Positions 35,894-49,576 are shown, counted from the whole stretch's first letter. The stretch is 63,173 bases of DNA, filler included, from Octopus bimaculoides (GCF_001194135.2; 6 parts of 6 records of this genome joined end to end with filler, not necessarily neighbours in it), one strand, 5' to 3'. Translations and numbers: made by a program. Notes: generated from the sequence alone by a model not told the origin.

Positions 35894-37842
35894 GAAAAAC
35901 TTCTAAGACAGACTAGTAGCCATCTATGCATTCAGCTCTTCCTCTGTCTGCCACGGATATATATCGAAGGAAAAGACCACCATCTTGAGCTAATACAGCT
36001 TCACATCATTGTCAACACAGGTATCGTTGTCAGAATATAATAAACCAGGACTGCAAAGAATCTCACCCAGCCCTCTGCCAGTTGTGCTAGTCCGCCACGG
36101 TACATTGGTATGTTTTTATCAACTCCAAAAGGTTGAAACCCAGAGTAGGCCTCTGAGTGCAGACATTTAAAATAAATAAATATCCCAGGTTACTCTGTCC
36201 AACATCCTAATGGCTCTGCTAATTTGCTGCCTTTTTATACTAAACAATGTTTGACTTCTACAAAAACAATTAAACATAACCACACTGAGTTGGTAATTTT
36301 GTAATTAAATCCCAATCATCAATAATATACAATTATCTAAGTAGTTTTTTACCAGTAATAGTCTGTTATATTATTCATAACAAGATATATTCTCCATAAC
36401 TTTCACAGTTAAGAAATAAAGTAAGTAAGCCTGATAAGTACTACGAAGCACAAAAGTAGTTAAACACTTCGCTCTTTTAGCTACCAAAACATAGTGAGAC
36501 TGACAATATGTTTAATAATCATATTGTATATGTTTTCTATCCATGCATTAACATATAACTAATGTATGTTGAACACAGTCATGAAATAATTGAACATGTG
36601 GTAATCTTGATAAGAGTTCCTGGTCCATTTTAAACTAGTTCTTATGATATGAAATAGTAGAAAATAGCAACAGCTACAAGTAACTATGGGTTGTTCCAGC
36701 CACAATATTCTGTGATTTTCTTTGTTTTTGATTATCCTGTGTAATGTGTCCTTCCTACTGTGAGACAATATGGTGTAAATGAGGAAACTTGAACTGATAT
36801 TCCTGTCAATTTAAGTGACTCTACAGAGGTTTCTTCATTGGCCCAACATCAATAACAAAAGTAAAATAGCAGATTCCAAGGAATCTAGTTTACCACGAAG
36901 AAAAGGAGATGTCTAAAGTTTCAAATGGGATCTTATGACCCAAGAAAGATGAAATAGTTTCTAAAAATAGTTTGCACCACGCTACAAAGGAACGTTTATG
37001 TGATCATTCAGTCTGCTAGAAAAAGCAGTTAACTCACTCTCAAATCATATCCTATTTCTTAAACTAAAAATAAAAAGAACACTTTGGATAACATGCTCTT
37101 TGACACACAAAAAAGATGAGCAGGGTAAAGTTGTAAGTCTGGAATTAGAGAAATATCTTAATTCTTGCCAATATTTCTTATCATATTCCTAATAAATTGC
37201 AATCTCCACTATTATTGAATAATTTTTACAATAGTCTATAATTTGGACATCTGTATCTGTCCAATATTAATCTGTCCTTTTAAACATAACCTGACAGAAG
37301 GTTCTTGAATGAAATTATGAAAAAGAATATTTGAATTTAAATTTAAACACTTTAAATTAACTAGTTTCCTATTGTGAAAACAAGGGTAGCTTCTAACATA
37401 TTGGTGCCATAATGGCTTAAGAAACCTTTATCCACATATCCTAAGCACTCAAAATTTCAAAAACACATGGATATTTGTTTTATGGTACAAAGGAAAAATA
37501 GTGTGCATGGGAGTATATACACTTCATTCCATCTGGCTTTGTTTTCCATGAGATTTAACAGCTATACTTGGAATAAGAGTGTGATGGTACTAAGGAAAGC
37601 ATACATAATATAAGTGAACTTGCATACAATGATACATATATACTCACACAACACACATATGTGAGTGTATATATCTTTTTATATGTGTGTATTTATAGAA
37701 GCAGGTGCTTCCCAGCAATCTATAACCAGCTGCCACAACATTGTTCCATATCTGTTGTAGGTTGTTGCCTGATTCCATCTATAATATTACTTGTAACATT
37801 AAAATGAACCCCATTCTTCAGCATAATAAGTGAACAAACAAT

Positions 37843-37878
<36 letters not shown>

Positions 37879-38179
37879 GCAAACACACAAACAGAAATAT
37901 AGAAAACAGAAAAAAAAGTAAGTTATAGCAGATCCCAAAAAGCTGAGAAATAACTTTATAATTCTTTGCGAAAGGAAAATTAGTGTCCAGCTGAATCTAA
38001 TGTTTTCCTTGTATGTGGGTATGTTTATGTATACACCCACACGCACACACACACAAACTCACACACACACAAACTCACAACACAAACTCACACACACACA
38101 CACACATGCACAAGCACACACATATGCACGCACACACATATACATGTACACATACATGCATATATATATATATATATAT

Positions 38180-38223
<44 letters not shown>

Positions 38224-40235
38224 ACACATATATGCATATATACATATGCATCCACAGACACACACTGAGTAATTCCTGAAAGTGAAATTACCAATATTAT
38301 TACTAAATGAGAGATTAAAACAATAGATGTGTGCTGTAAGTTTTGCAACATTATATTCCAGCTAGTCACAGTCAAACACTAATAACCATGTTCCACAGAC
38401 ATTTGTGATAATTACCAATGCAATCAAACATATGTGAGTGTATATAGTTGTATATATATCTATATATATATGTATACGTATGTGATTATATTTGTGTATT
38501 TATAACTGCAAGTGTAGTGATTAGAGTGCCTATATTTCTCTGTATAATATGTCCCTCACACATAATTTGTATATTTATATTACTATCAAATAAATATATA
38601 TATATGTATATATATGTATATATGTATGAATATATGGATGTGAAGCTGGGGACTATATGGTTAATGTGTTCACTACAAAGTAATTGCAGAAATGAGCACA
38701 TTGCTGTGTAGATTTTAATCTCTTCATTGAAATTCCTTGGGGTAACCATCAAACAGAGAAAAGCAATTCAGGGAATAAGTATCTTCATCATGATATGATC
38801 GAAAACCAGCCAACATCAGAGTGGTGCTAACCCCTTAATCTTTATGGCCCTACCCTCTATAGCAGTTCACATGTGTGTTTGTGTGCGTATGTATAGCTAT
38901 GTATGTATGTATGTGTATATGTATGTGTGTGTGTATGTATGTATGTATGCATGTATGTATGTGTGTGTGTGTGTGTGTGTGTAGTTGTTTTCATTTGCTT
39001 CTATGTGTGTATTTGTCAGTGATAGTATGTGATTTTTGTGTATGTTATTTGTGTGTGCATGTGTGGCCACTGTGAGTGTGTGTGTGCACATATGTAAATA
39101 TATATATATGTATATATATATAAATGTATGTATGTATATGTATGTATGTGTGTATCTGTATATGTGTATGTATATTAAGGTATGTATGTGCATATCTTTG
39201 TGTGTGTGTATGTGTGCATGTGTATGTGTTTGTCTGTGCATGTGTTTCTCTGTGTGTTTGAGTGTGTAGGTGTGAGTTTGATGAGGTGTGTTGAGGTTTA
39301 GATTGAAAATTGAGGTATTATGGTGAGCAGTTTTGTTAATATTTTCTATTAAGGTGAATTGCATGAAAAATTAGAGAGTTTCACCAGAGTGAGCTAGAGA
39401 TGGGGGTGAAAGAAAGAGGAGTAGGAGGGGAATTCGATAGATAGATAGAGAGAGAGAGAGAGAGAAATTAGAAGGGAAGAAGGTGAATAGAAAAAGAGAA
39501 CAAAGGTTACAGGAGTAAAAATAAAGGAGACATAGAGAAAAAAAACACAAAGCATGTGTGTGTGTGTGTGTGTGTGTGTGTATGAGAGAGAGAGAGAGAG
39601 AGATAGATAGAGAGAAAGAAAGAGAGACAAAGAGACAGAGACAGAGGGAGATTGAGAATAGAAATTGACCAGATATAAAAAATGTAAATAAATAAATAAA
39701 CGAAACTAAGAAACTCCAACACACAAAAGAAACACCACCACCAACAACAAATAATAGTGAATAGATTGGTATTAATGCTCATTAAGCATTGGACTGAACT
39801 GCCCAATGTCCATTCTTTGATGCATTATCATTAATATCTCTGTAGAATCCTATATAAATCATAGTCCATTGGCCAAAGAACGTTCCCTTAGAGATTGACT
39901 AATCTGCTTTGGTTAAGATTTTCAGAAATCTAACATCTAAATTTCTAGCATTGATTTTCAATAATTTGTTATTAGTGAAATGGTTGTGAAAGACTCCATG
40001 GTAATATATATATAGTTTTGTTGGTAGTAGTGGTGGTGGGAAGGGGAACGGGGAGAGGGGAAGGGGAATGGGGAGAGGGTAAGGATGGGGGGGATTGGCA
40101 GTGGATGGTTAGATAGAGGAAAGGGATTGAGGGAGGGTTGTATATATGGATGGATTGTTATTGAGAGAGAGAGAGACAGAGAGAGTAATAGGTAGGTAGA
40201 TAGATATATAGATACTTATATTGTATATAGATGGG

Positions 40236-40269
<34 letters not shown>

Positions 40270-40357
40270 CTTAACTAGACAGACTGGTTGGTAGGTAGGT
40301 AGGTAGGTAGGTAGGTAGGTAGGTTAGGCAGATAGATATGTAAAAAAAAGTAACAAT

Positions 40358-40390
<33 letters not shown>

Positions 40391-40789
40391 GTGGACAGAC
40401 AGTCAGATAAATAGATAGGACTAGCTTTTGTGAGTTAGAGAGAAGCTAAATTTATTTTGCCTTCCAAAGAAATTTTCCCATTTTTCAAAAAAGAACAAGA
40501 ATTTTTTAGAAAAAAAGAGAGAATTAATAGCTGTTAAATGTATAACCAAAATCTAATTGAGAGAAAACTAGAGAGAGAGAGGGGGTGGGAGGGAGAGATA
40601 GATGAAAGAGAGAGAAAGGGGAAAGAGAGGATGTAAAAGATAGTGAGTGATACAGTGAAAGGTTATCAGAATAAAGTGGGAGAGACATTACATATCGTAG
40701 ATATACATGGACAAAGGCTTAAAAATAAAGGACGCATTGCACATAACATATAACTACACAGCCTGAAAAAGACAGGATAGTCATGATTG

Positions 40790-41480
40790 GAATATCATAG
40801 ATCATGGAGATATACCAATCTGGTCTCTATTCAATTGTACGAATACACAAACGCATTTTATATTATGAAAGCGATATTACACCACACCAGACACCCACTT
40901 AATCAAGAACTGCACACTACTAGCGCCCTCACTATTTTTCAATGAGCCTCACTATCATCAAGGATCTCCCTCAAGAGGGATCTCTCCAGGCATACCCTTA
41001 GCACTTTTAGGATCACATCTCAACAACTGGTACTTTGCTTCAAGGCTTAAAGATATTCCAGCCTCCTACAGTTATTGATACTTTACAAAGTGCATGTGAG
41101 GCTTACAATGGAGTATTGCTCTTACATCTGGAACAATGCTACTATACACACAGACATTGGTCTACAATGGAGAGACAAAGAGAGAGAGAGAGGGGGTCTA
41201 CAATGTGCAGAAAGGGGTCACTCGACTGAGTGACATAAAGTCACTCAAATACAAACTCCAATCTCTGGCCCACCAGTGCACTGTCTCCTCTATCTATTTT
41301 TCCTACTATTACTATAATGGCTTCTACTCCTTGAAACTGGATCAGTTCATTCCACTTCCACTTAGGCATTCTTCTTTCACTCACCTCTCCTTCTCTTATC
41401 ACCTATGTTGTGTGCCCCACCTCAGACCTTGCACTAATCAATATTCACAATTCTTTCTTGCTGCAATGTCAGGCCTCAAA
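40790..41480 (+). mobile_element. CR1-clade LINE, RT C-terminal relic
   Basis: QLLILYKVHVRLTMEYCSYIWNNA...LQSLAHQCTVSSIYFSYYYYNG...RPCTNQYSQFF. Confidence 0.8.
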
Positions 41481-41984
41481 AATTTCCCATAGGGGTTGGC
41501 TAACCCTTGTTGGAAATCTCACCCTTAAGAGCCTGCAAGGACCATGGACACAATCGCTTCCTCTAAAATGCAGTAGCAAAAAAGTAGTCACCATCATAGA
41601 GAGCCATTGCTAATAGTTTCACGATCAAAACAAATCATAGATCGTCATAGCTTATGGCTCCAATATCAGGAAGGTCTTTTATAGACTGGAGGAGCCATAA
41701 GATTAATATTAAGCTCTAACTCTAGTTTCAGTAGTGCTACACAAATGAGAGATCAATTCATCTTTGATAGAATGCTGATGCATCACAGACAATTTTCGTT
41801 ACAGAATTTGCTAATTCTAAGACTGAAAGCAAATACATTATGGTATTATTGCTGTTCCCTATAGTGAAGGAACCCTGATTATTCAATCTGCAAGATATAG
41901 AAGTAAAAAAGGAAGTATTTATTGAATTATGTGGTTTTACATGCAATATGTTTGTAGCATCACAAGGTTTGCTTAATTGTGGCT

Positions 41985-42300
41985 GAGCTGGCATTAAACT
42001 CTAACAAAATGGTCTGACTCTCCGTCAGCTGTGAAAAGTAATGCAGTTGATCTGAGCAACTGAACAGCCTGCTTGTGAAATTAATGTGCAAGTGACTAAG
42101 CACTCTACTGAAAGGCTTACCCTTAGTGTAATTCTCAAAGATTTACCTCTATTACAGGTACAACTCATTTTCTCCCACTGGGTGAACTGGACCAATGAGA
42201 AATAAAGTGTCATGCTCAAGGACATATCACGCCATCAAGAGTTGAACTCGTGACTTTACATCCATGAGCCAAGTACCCTAGCCACTGAGCCACATACCTT
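41985..42300 (-). mobile_element. Old SINE (family C/D-related)
   Basis: aacagcctgcttgtgaaattaatgtgcaagtg, gtgtcatgctcaagga, and a reversed tRNA-like head. Confidence 0.7.
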
Positions 42301-42910
42301 CTTACTAGCAAAATCAAGATATACTAATGGTAATATGTATTTAGATATCTTTTATTCTATTATAGCTGACTGAAAGAGTATAAGATCATTACACAAGGAA
42401 GCTTAGAGATTTGGCTGAATGCTTCTAGTCATTTAATTACAGTATTTCCCCTGTACGTCTGGTATCGAGTACTTTTTCTCCCAATTGTTAACACTAAAAC
42501 ACACACACACGCACACACACACACGCACATTCAAAATAAAGCAATCAAAGGAATAAAGGTGACAATATTAATTAGTTATGATCGTTTCAATAACCGATGG
42601 AATTCTTACACCAGTGAAAACTAAATCATATACATATAAAAATTATAAAAACTATATAAAGATTATATATAAGTCCATATGATATCATATTAAAACATGG
42701 TCCTGCTACCTTTATTCCTTTCCTAATTGTATCTTATACTCTGCAATCGGTTAACTATTCTTATAATCTGTACATTTCCCAGGTTTTCAGTTTCAAAGGA
42801 ACACTTTTGAATAAACTGAACAATTCTTCCTGTCTATGTACTCTGTTAGCAGGATTTCGAATTTCATATGACTGAGGTATTCCCCTTTATTTACTGAATC
42901 TTCCTCTAAC

Positions 42911-42947
<37 letters not shown>

Positions 42948-42949
42948 GG

Positions 42950-43110
42950 AAGAATATACAAATAATAACAACAGACGAGGACAGGTGGTGTAAATAACAA
43001 AAGTATATATTAGTATGACGCTCGGGAATACGGAAAGTCTTTGACGTTTCGAGCTACGCTCTTCAACAGAAAGAATACGGAGACAAGGAGAAAAACACGG
43101 AGAAAAAAAA
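42950..43110 (-). mobile_element. Penelope-type terminal repeat with a minimal hammerhead-like motif (43038-43074)
   Basis: Minus strand reads UCUUU-CUGUUGA-A-GAGC(GUA)GCUC-GAAACGUC-AAAGA. Confidence 0.65.
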
Positions 43111-43152
43111 TTGAATAGTGTTCAGTCAACGGTCAATCACATATATATATAC

Positions 43153-43183
<31 letters not shown>

Positions 43184-43198
43184 CATACATATATATAT

Positions 43199-43231
<33 letters not shown>

Positions 43232-43256
43232 TATATACATATATACATATATATAT

Positions 43257-43356
43257 NNNNNNNNNNNNNNNNNNNNNNNNNNNNNNNNNNNNNNNNNNNN
43301 TTAATTAATTAANNNNNNNNNNNNNNNNNNNNNNNNNNNNNNNNNNNNNNNNNNNN
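43257..43356. other. Artificial scaffold join
   Basis: 44N-TTAATTAATTAA-44N. Confidence 0.95.
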
Positions 43357-43589
43357 ACTAGTATTTATTTTCAAACCTGAAACTTATTGCATCGTTTTTT
43401 TTTGTTTTTTTTTTGTCGTATCATCAGGTTACGAGGACGTAAACACACCAACACGCACCAGTTGTCCCGCAGTGGTGGGGGTCAAACAAGCACTCACACA
43501 CACACAGACACACGCACGCGCGCGCGAGTACACACATACACACACACACACACACGCATACACACACACATATATATACATAACACTTT

Positions 43590-43730
43590 CACTCTCCCTC
43601 TACCAAATCCGCACACAGAGCTTTTGGCCTTCACAAGTCTATGGTAGAAGTTGCTTGCGCAGGGTGCCTCGCATTGGGACGGAACACGGGACCCTGTCAT
43701 TGGGAAGCAAACTTCTTACTTAACAGCCAC
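43590..43730 (-). mobile_element. SINE family A 5' part
   Basis: ctaccaaatccgcacacagagcttttggcc...ttgggaagcaaacttcttacttaacagccac. Confidence 0.7.
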
Positions 43731-44653
43731 AAACTCATATATATCGATATACATATACTTACGTACATCCCACCACACACACACACACACACATATATAT
43801 ACATATCAGCACATACATACATGCGTTCATGTATATATATATATGTGTGTTTGTTTGTGTTTAAATATATATGTGTGTGTATATTTANNNNNNNNNNNNN
43901 NNNNNNNNNNNNNNNNNNNNNNNNNNNNNNNNNNNNNNNNNNNNNNNNNNNNNNNNNNNNNNNNNNNNNNNNNNNNNNNNNNNNNNNNNNNNNNNNNNNN
44001 NNNNNNNNNNNNNNNNNNNNNNNNNNNNNNNNNNNNNNNNNNNNNNNNNNNNNNNNNNNNNNNNNNNNNNNNNNNNNNNNNNNNNNNNNNNNNNNNNNNN
44101 NNNNNNNNNNNNNNNNNNNNNNNNNNNNNNNNNNNNNNNNNNNNNNNNNNNNNNNNNNNNNNNNNNNNNNNNNNNNNNNNNNNNNNNNNNNNNNNNNNNN
44201 NNNNNNNNNNNNNNNNNNNNNNNNNNNNNNNNNNNNNNNNNNNNNNNNNNNNNNNNNNNNNNNNNNNNNNNNNNNNNNNNNNNNNNNNNNNNNNNNNNNN
44301 NNNNNNNNNNNNNNNNNNNNNNNNNNNNNNNNNNNNNNNNNNNNNNNNNNNNNNNNNNNNNNNNNNNNNNNNNNNNNNNNNNNNNNNNNNNNNNNNNNNN
44401 NNNNNNNNNNNNNNNNNNNNNNNNNNNNNNNNNNNNNNNNNNNNNNNNNNNNNNNNNNNNNNNNNNNNNNNNNNNNNNNNNNNNNNNNNNNNNNNNNNNN
44501 NNNNNNNNNNNNNNNNNNNNNNNNNNNNNNNNNNNNNNNNNNNNNNNNNNNNNNNNNNNNNNNNNNNNNNNNNNNNNNNNNNNNNNNNNNNNNNNNNNNN
44601 NNNNNNNNNNNNNNNNNNNNNNNNNNNNNNNNNNNNNNNNNNNNNNNNNNNNN

Positions 44654-44703
<50 letters not shown>

Positions 44704-45269
44704 ATTCTAACTTTGCCATTGGTCCTTTTATCCTTTTCTTTCTTTATATATATATATATATATATATTTACACATGCACATTTATACGTATATGTGTATG
44801 TACATGCTTGTGTGTTTGTGTGTTTATGTGTCTTTGGGTGTGTAGAGGCGTGTACAGATATACAGATAGATAGGTATGTACATGTAAATATGTATGCATA
44901 TTTGTATATGGTACGAGGATATTGTTTTGTGTGTTTGTATGAGACGGTTTTCTTTTATATATTTGTGTGAAAGAAATCCTGGTAGTTTTTTTAATGTGCT
45001 TTAAGAGATGACAAATATATTAATCCGACCACACACTACAGCGAGACTCACTGGAGGAAGATTGTGATCTCTGGATGAGATAATAAGTTATGTCAACATT
45101 GGAAAAAACAGCGGTCAGAATGAGAGAGCGGGAGTCAGAGAATGAATAAGAGATTAAAAAAGTGATTTTGTATAGAAAGCGGTTCGTTGGAAATGCATAA
45201 AAGAAAAAGAGGGAGTGTGGGTGCGAGTGAGAAATATAAGGTGCGAAGTATATAGAAAGTGAAGTTTGC

Positions 45270-45730
45270 AGGTTAGAGGAAAGTGTGAGAGAGAGAGGGG
45301 GATAATGAGAGAGAGAGAAAGAAGTACTGAGAGAGTGAGAAGAAGCGAGATAGAAAGAAAGAGAGAGAGGGGAGGAGTGAGATCGTGAGAGAGAGACAGA
45401 GAGCTAAGAAGCTAGAGAGATATGAGAAGAGAAAGAGGGAGAAAGATATGACAGAGATATACGGAGTGAGAGAGACAGAGAGTAGGAGCGAGAGAAAGGG
45501 AGAGAGAGAGGGAGAGAGAGAGGGAGAGAGAAAGAGGGAGAGAGAGAGGGGGGGAGAGNNNNNNNNNNAGGGAGAGAGAAAGAGGGAGAGAGAGAGGGGG
45601 GGAGAGAGAGAATGTACTCATGTGAGAGAGAGAATACGCGCACGTGCGAGATAAGGAACAAGAGAGAGAAGGAGCGACCGAGAGAGAGATAAGACAAATA
45701 AAATGAAGGGAGAAAGATAAGGAGCGTATG

Positions 45731-45767
<37 letters not shown>

Positions 45768-46180
45768 GAAGAGCGAGGGAACGATAAGGAGCGAGTGACA
45801 GAGAGAGAGAGAGAGAATGACAATCAAAGAAATAGACAAATTGTGTTTGTGTTTCACTGAGGAATAGGTGAGATATTTATTTACAGAGAGATTGTAAAAA
45901 AAGAGAGAAAGACAGAAACACGAGGTATTTGTGGTTCACAGACGGAGAAAAGAAGCAAAGAAAGAGGGGAGAGAGAGAGAGAAGCAGGAATGAAGATTTT
46001 AAAAAGTGATGAGATTGTATGTAAGATGAGAGAGGGATTGAGAAGGAGAGAGAGTGAAAGGGAGAGAGAGTTATGGAGCGAATGAAATGAGAGAGAGAGT
46101 GAATGAGGGAAATATAGAAAAAACAACAAACGAAGAACAAGGAGAGTAAAGTAGCTGATTAAATTAAAGATACAAATAAG
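45270..46180. repeat. Long GA-rich purine tract
   Basis: Directly visible. Confidence 0.9.
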
Positions 46181-46600
46181 GGAAAGAGAATGATCCATTT
46201 ATTAAAATATAAGATGAGAAATTGTTAGGGTATTTAATAAAATTAACGATAAACTGTTTCTTTTCACTGTTTTATCTATAATTGCTGCTCAGAGCGTTTT
46301 CTGTCTTCTCACTCACTTACCCCCAATCTCTATCTTTTGTTGTTTCGTATTTTTTCTATCCTTAAATTCTATATTTATGAATAGGTGTTTTTGTGTGAGT
46401 TATCATTAAGATAAAGTATATATATATATTTTTTTAAATATACGCATTCGGTATGATTTGAATATGTACAACAGGCAAACTTGAAAAAAACAGATAAGTA
46501 ACAATACAGTACAGTGAATATGCTGTTTGTGTATATAGGTGTGGTTATGAATGAATGAATGAATGTATGCATGTATGTATGTGTGTATGTAAGTATATTG

Positions 46601-46979
46601 TTGGCACTCCGTCGCTTACGACGACGAGAGTTCTAGTTGATCCGATCAACAGAACAGCCTGCTCGTGAAATTAACGTGCAAGTGGCTGAGCACTCCACAC
46701 ACACGTGTACCCTTAACGTAGTTCTCGGGGATATTCAGCGTGACACAGTGTGACAAGGCTGGCCCTTTGAATTACAGACAGAACAGAAACAGGAAGTAAG
46801 AGTGAGAGAAAGTTGTGGTGAAAGTGTTCAGCAGGGTTCACCACCATCCCCTGCCGGAGCCTCGTAGAGCTTTAAGTGTTTTCGCTCAATAAACACTCAC
46901 AACGCCCGGTCTTGGAATCGAAACCGCGACCCTGTGACCGCGAGTCCGCTGCCCTAACCACTGGATCATTGCACCTCCA
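46601..46979 (-). mobile_element. tRNA-derived SINE family C, young and near full length
   Basis: Minus head tggaggtgcaatgatccagtggttagggcagcggactcgcggtcac..gtttcgattcc has A and B boxes; CpGs intact. Confidence 0.88.
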
Positions 46980-47039
46980 CATGTATGTGTATACTTATAT
47001 GATAAAGAGAACAAGGAAAACATGTGGTATCACTATAGA

Positions 47040-47330
47040 GCATGGGATTTATAATTCAAACATAATTGCTGTGTCACCTGATCACGTGATCAACCAGGCT
47101 ATCAAATGCTATCAAATATTGTAACATATCACTGGTCATACTGCGCTTTTCATTGTTTTACCTTTCCAATGCGGCGAACCATTCCCCACAGATCGAAAGT
47201 GGGACTGGAGCAACAGGAAACACAGTGTTTTGTTCAAGAACACATCACGCCAGCCAATCAGGCAATCGAACCCACGTTCTAGATACCATGAGTGCAAAAG
47301 CCTAACCCACTAGGCCACCCGACTTCACAG
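47040..47330 (-). mobile_element. SINE family D
   Basis: gtgttttgttcaagaacacatcacgcc...gcaatcgaacccacg...cctaacccactaggcc. Confidence 0.65.
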
Positions 47331-47599
47331 CTGCAGAATAATTAGAGTAAATAAGGGAATAAGAAATAATGCGTAAAGTCTCTTACAGCTGTTTCTAGAA
47401 TAGCTGTGCATATCGTGCATAGTCACCGACCAATGATTTCCATATAAACCGACTAACGCAGATAACTATTATATTTTATTAAGGATACCCAGCAGCGCAT
47501 TGTATCCTTCAGAAAGATATTTTATTTAAGGTTGCTTCAATCCATTCAGTTGGCAAAAATGAGTCGTATCTATATTCTAAAGAACCATCCTCTTTGTCA

Positions 47600-47950
47600 C
47601 ACTTTGTATCGCGCTGAATCCTCTTCAGTGTGTGACTGTTTCAAGCATTTTGTAGTTGGTTAACCATTTCTAATCACACCAATCGCAAATCATTGTCTTG
47701 CGCGGATGCAGGGTTCGATTGGCACGAGTTGTTACTTGCTTGCCGAGACCATTCCCCCTTCTTTCATATTGACGTCAAGACCATATTTCATCGCCGGTAA
47801 CGATGAGTATTTTGTGTTCACGTGTAACGTGGTGTCGAGCGAGCAAACTGCCGGCGATATCACTAGTGCTACGATACACCATGTTTTTGGATCTTACTCT
47901 CGAGTGATAGTGACGGGCGAAGGTCTCATTTGAGCATTCCAGTTTTTTTG
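47600..47950 (-). mobile_element. Mariner transposase fragment
   Basis: GSLLARHHVTREH..IVTGDEIWS..VNMK...LHPRKTMIC..W; conserved TGDE catalytic motif. Confidence 0.8.
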
Positions 47951-47989
47951 GCCAGTTCTCCAATGGAAATATATGGGTCTTCAGGAATG

Positions 47990-49114
47990 AACATGTACAA
48001 TGATCTTCATTGCCGGAATGTGTAGATACAGTGAAGTCAAATTTCCTTTGGTCCATGCGTGGAATCTATTGCTATAAAGTTCTTTCAGAAATAACGCCTT
48101 CTTTGTACATAGTACAAATGACTCGAACAACTCTAGCTGCTTTGCTGTTTATGTTGAACCGTAAAATTTGTCCATTAAGTACCCCTTCAATCGAAATATG
48201 ATAGTGAGGTTCGGTGAACTTGGGCATATTCTACTGAACTTTTTCCTTCATTCCACTTGTTTACAAAATCTCACCAAAATAGAATCTTACATAGTATGGT
48301 AGCGTGTGGGTTCTCCAACTTAGTGGAAATAAAACCCCCTATCTTCAAAGTCTTCCTTTTAATTGCTTTGCAGTTGAGGTTGTTCAGATAATTGGTACCA
48401 GCTACAGTACCGTCCAAACGTGATGGTGTAATTAATCCTTTTGATGATAAACCATACCATACTGTAACTCTTCTTCAATTAACATGATGTTCCACCGTGA
48501 TGTGTAGGTTTTGTGGATCTCAGCTGTGGCGTTTAAATGAAGCCTCATCACTCCAAACGTCAGATGATGGAAGGTGTGTATCTTCTACACATCATGTCAA
48601 GTACCACTCGCAAAACTCCTCTGATCAGTCCCGATCAATTTCATTTAGAACATGACTTATACTTGGAATGCAGCGTTTCCGATGACAGTGATTAAAAATG
48701 CCACAGAGAACTGCTTTTGAATTTTTTTTGTTTTTTTGTGACGACTCACATGCCGGACAGATTTTCTTGACTTCTGGTAATACATTTAAAGAAATTTGCC
48801 TTGTATTGTGGTGCTCATCGATGTCCGCGAATATTTTATGCGGACATTCTGAAGAGTTCCGTTTCCTTCAAATTTATCTCTAATTCCAGTGATGGTTAAA
48901 CCACACAGATCGATCTGTTTAAAAATCTCTCCTAGCTTGTCTTTGCGCCACGACTGCGTTTTCAAGCTTCTAGGTGTACTTTTTAAGTTTTATTTATTAA
49001 AACTTAATCTGGCTTCATCAATTATTTCGAATGGGTTAAATCTAAAAAGACAAAACAATAAGTTATCACCTGTTAAATGTGTGTACAATTGTGTGCAATT
49101 GTTGGAACAGCCTA
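47990..49114 (-). mobile_element. Decayed Tc1/mariner element (tentatively rosa/DD41D-like)
   Basis: Terminus TA-ggctgttccaac at about 49114; FCEWYL...VWSDEASFK...VTVWYGLSSKGLI...GTVAGTNYL...EYAPSSPNLT...GYL. Confidence 0.75.
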
Positions 49115-49242
49115 TATACATATAAACAAGGTTGTGCGTATGTATACATATGTATGTGGTTGTTTGTTTGAGTATGTATGTTTTTATGTATGCGTCTACA
49201 TATATCCGTATATCGAGAAAGTGACAAACAGACAGAAAGACG

Positions 49243-49286
<44 letters not shown>

Positions 49287-49535
49287 TGCAAACAGATGTA
49301 TAGATATCCGTCTATCTATGCAACAATTTCTCATATGTATGATTTCGTATGTGTCAGCGTTTTTTATTCGGGTATAACTTAAGAAAGTAAAGCTGTGAGA
49401 CTGAAAAAATTCTAAATTCCTACAAGCGGGAAGACATGTGCGCACTCGCACATACATGCATACATACATACATACATACATACATACATACATACATACA
49501 TAATACATACATACATAGAATACATACATATATAT

Positions 49536-49576
<41 letters not shown>

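Noticed and set aside
46601-46979. tRNA-like A and B boxes here and at other SINE heads
   Set aside because: No cloverleaf or acceptor stem, and they are followed by SINE bodies, so they are not tRNA genes.
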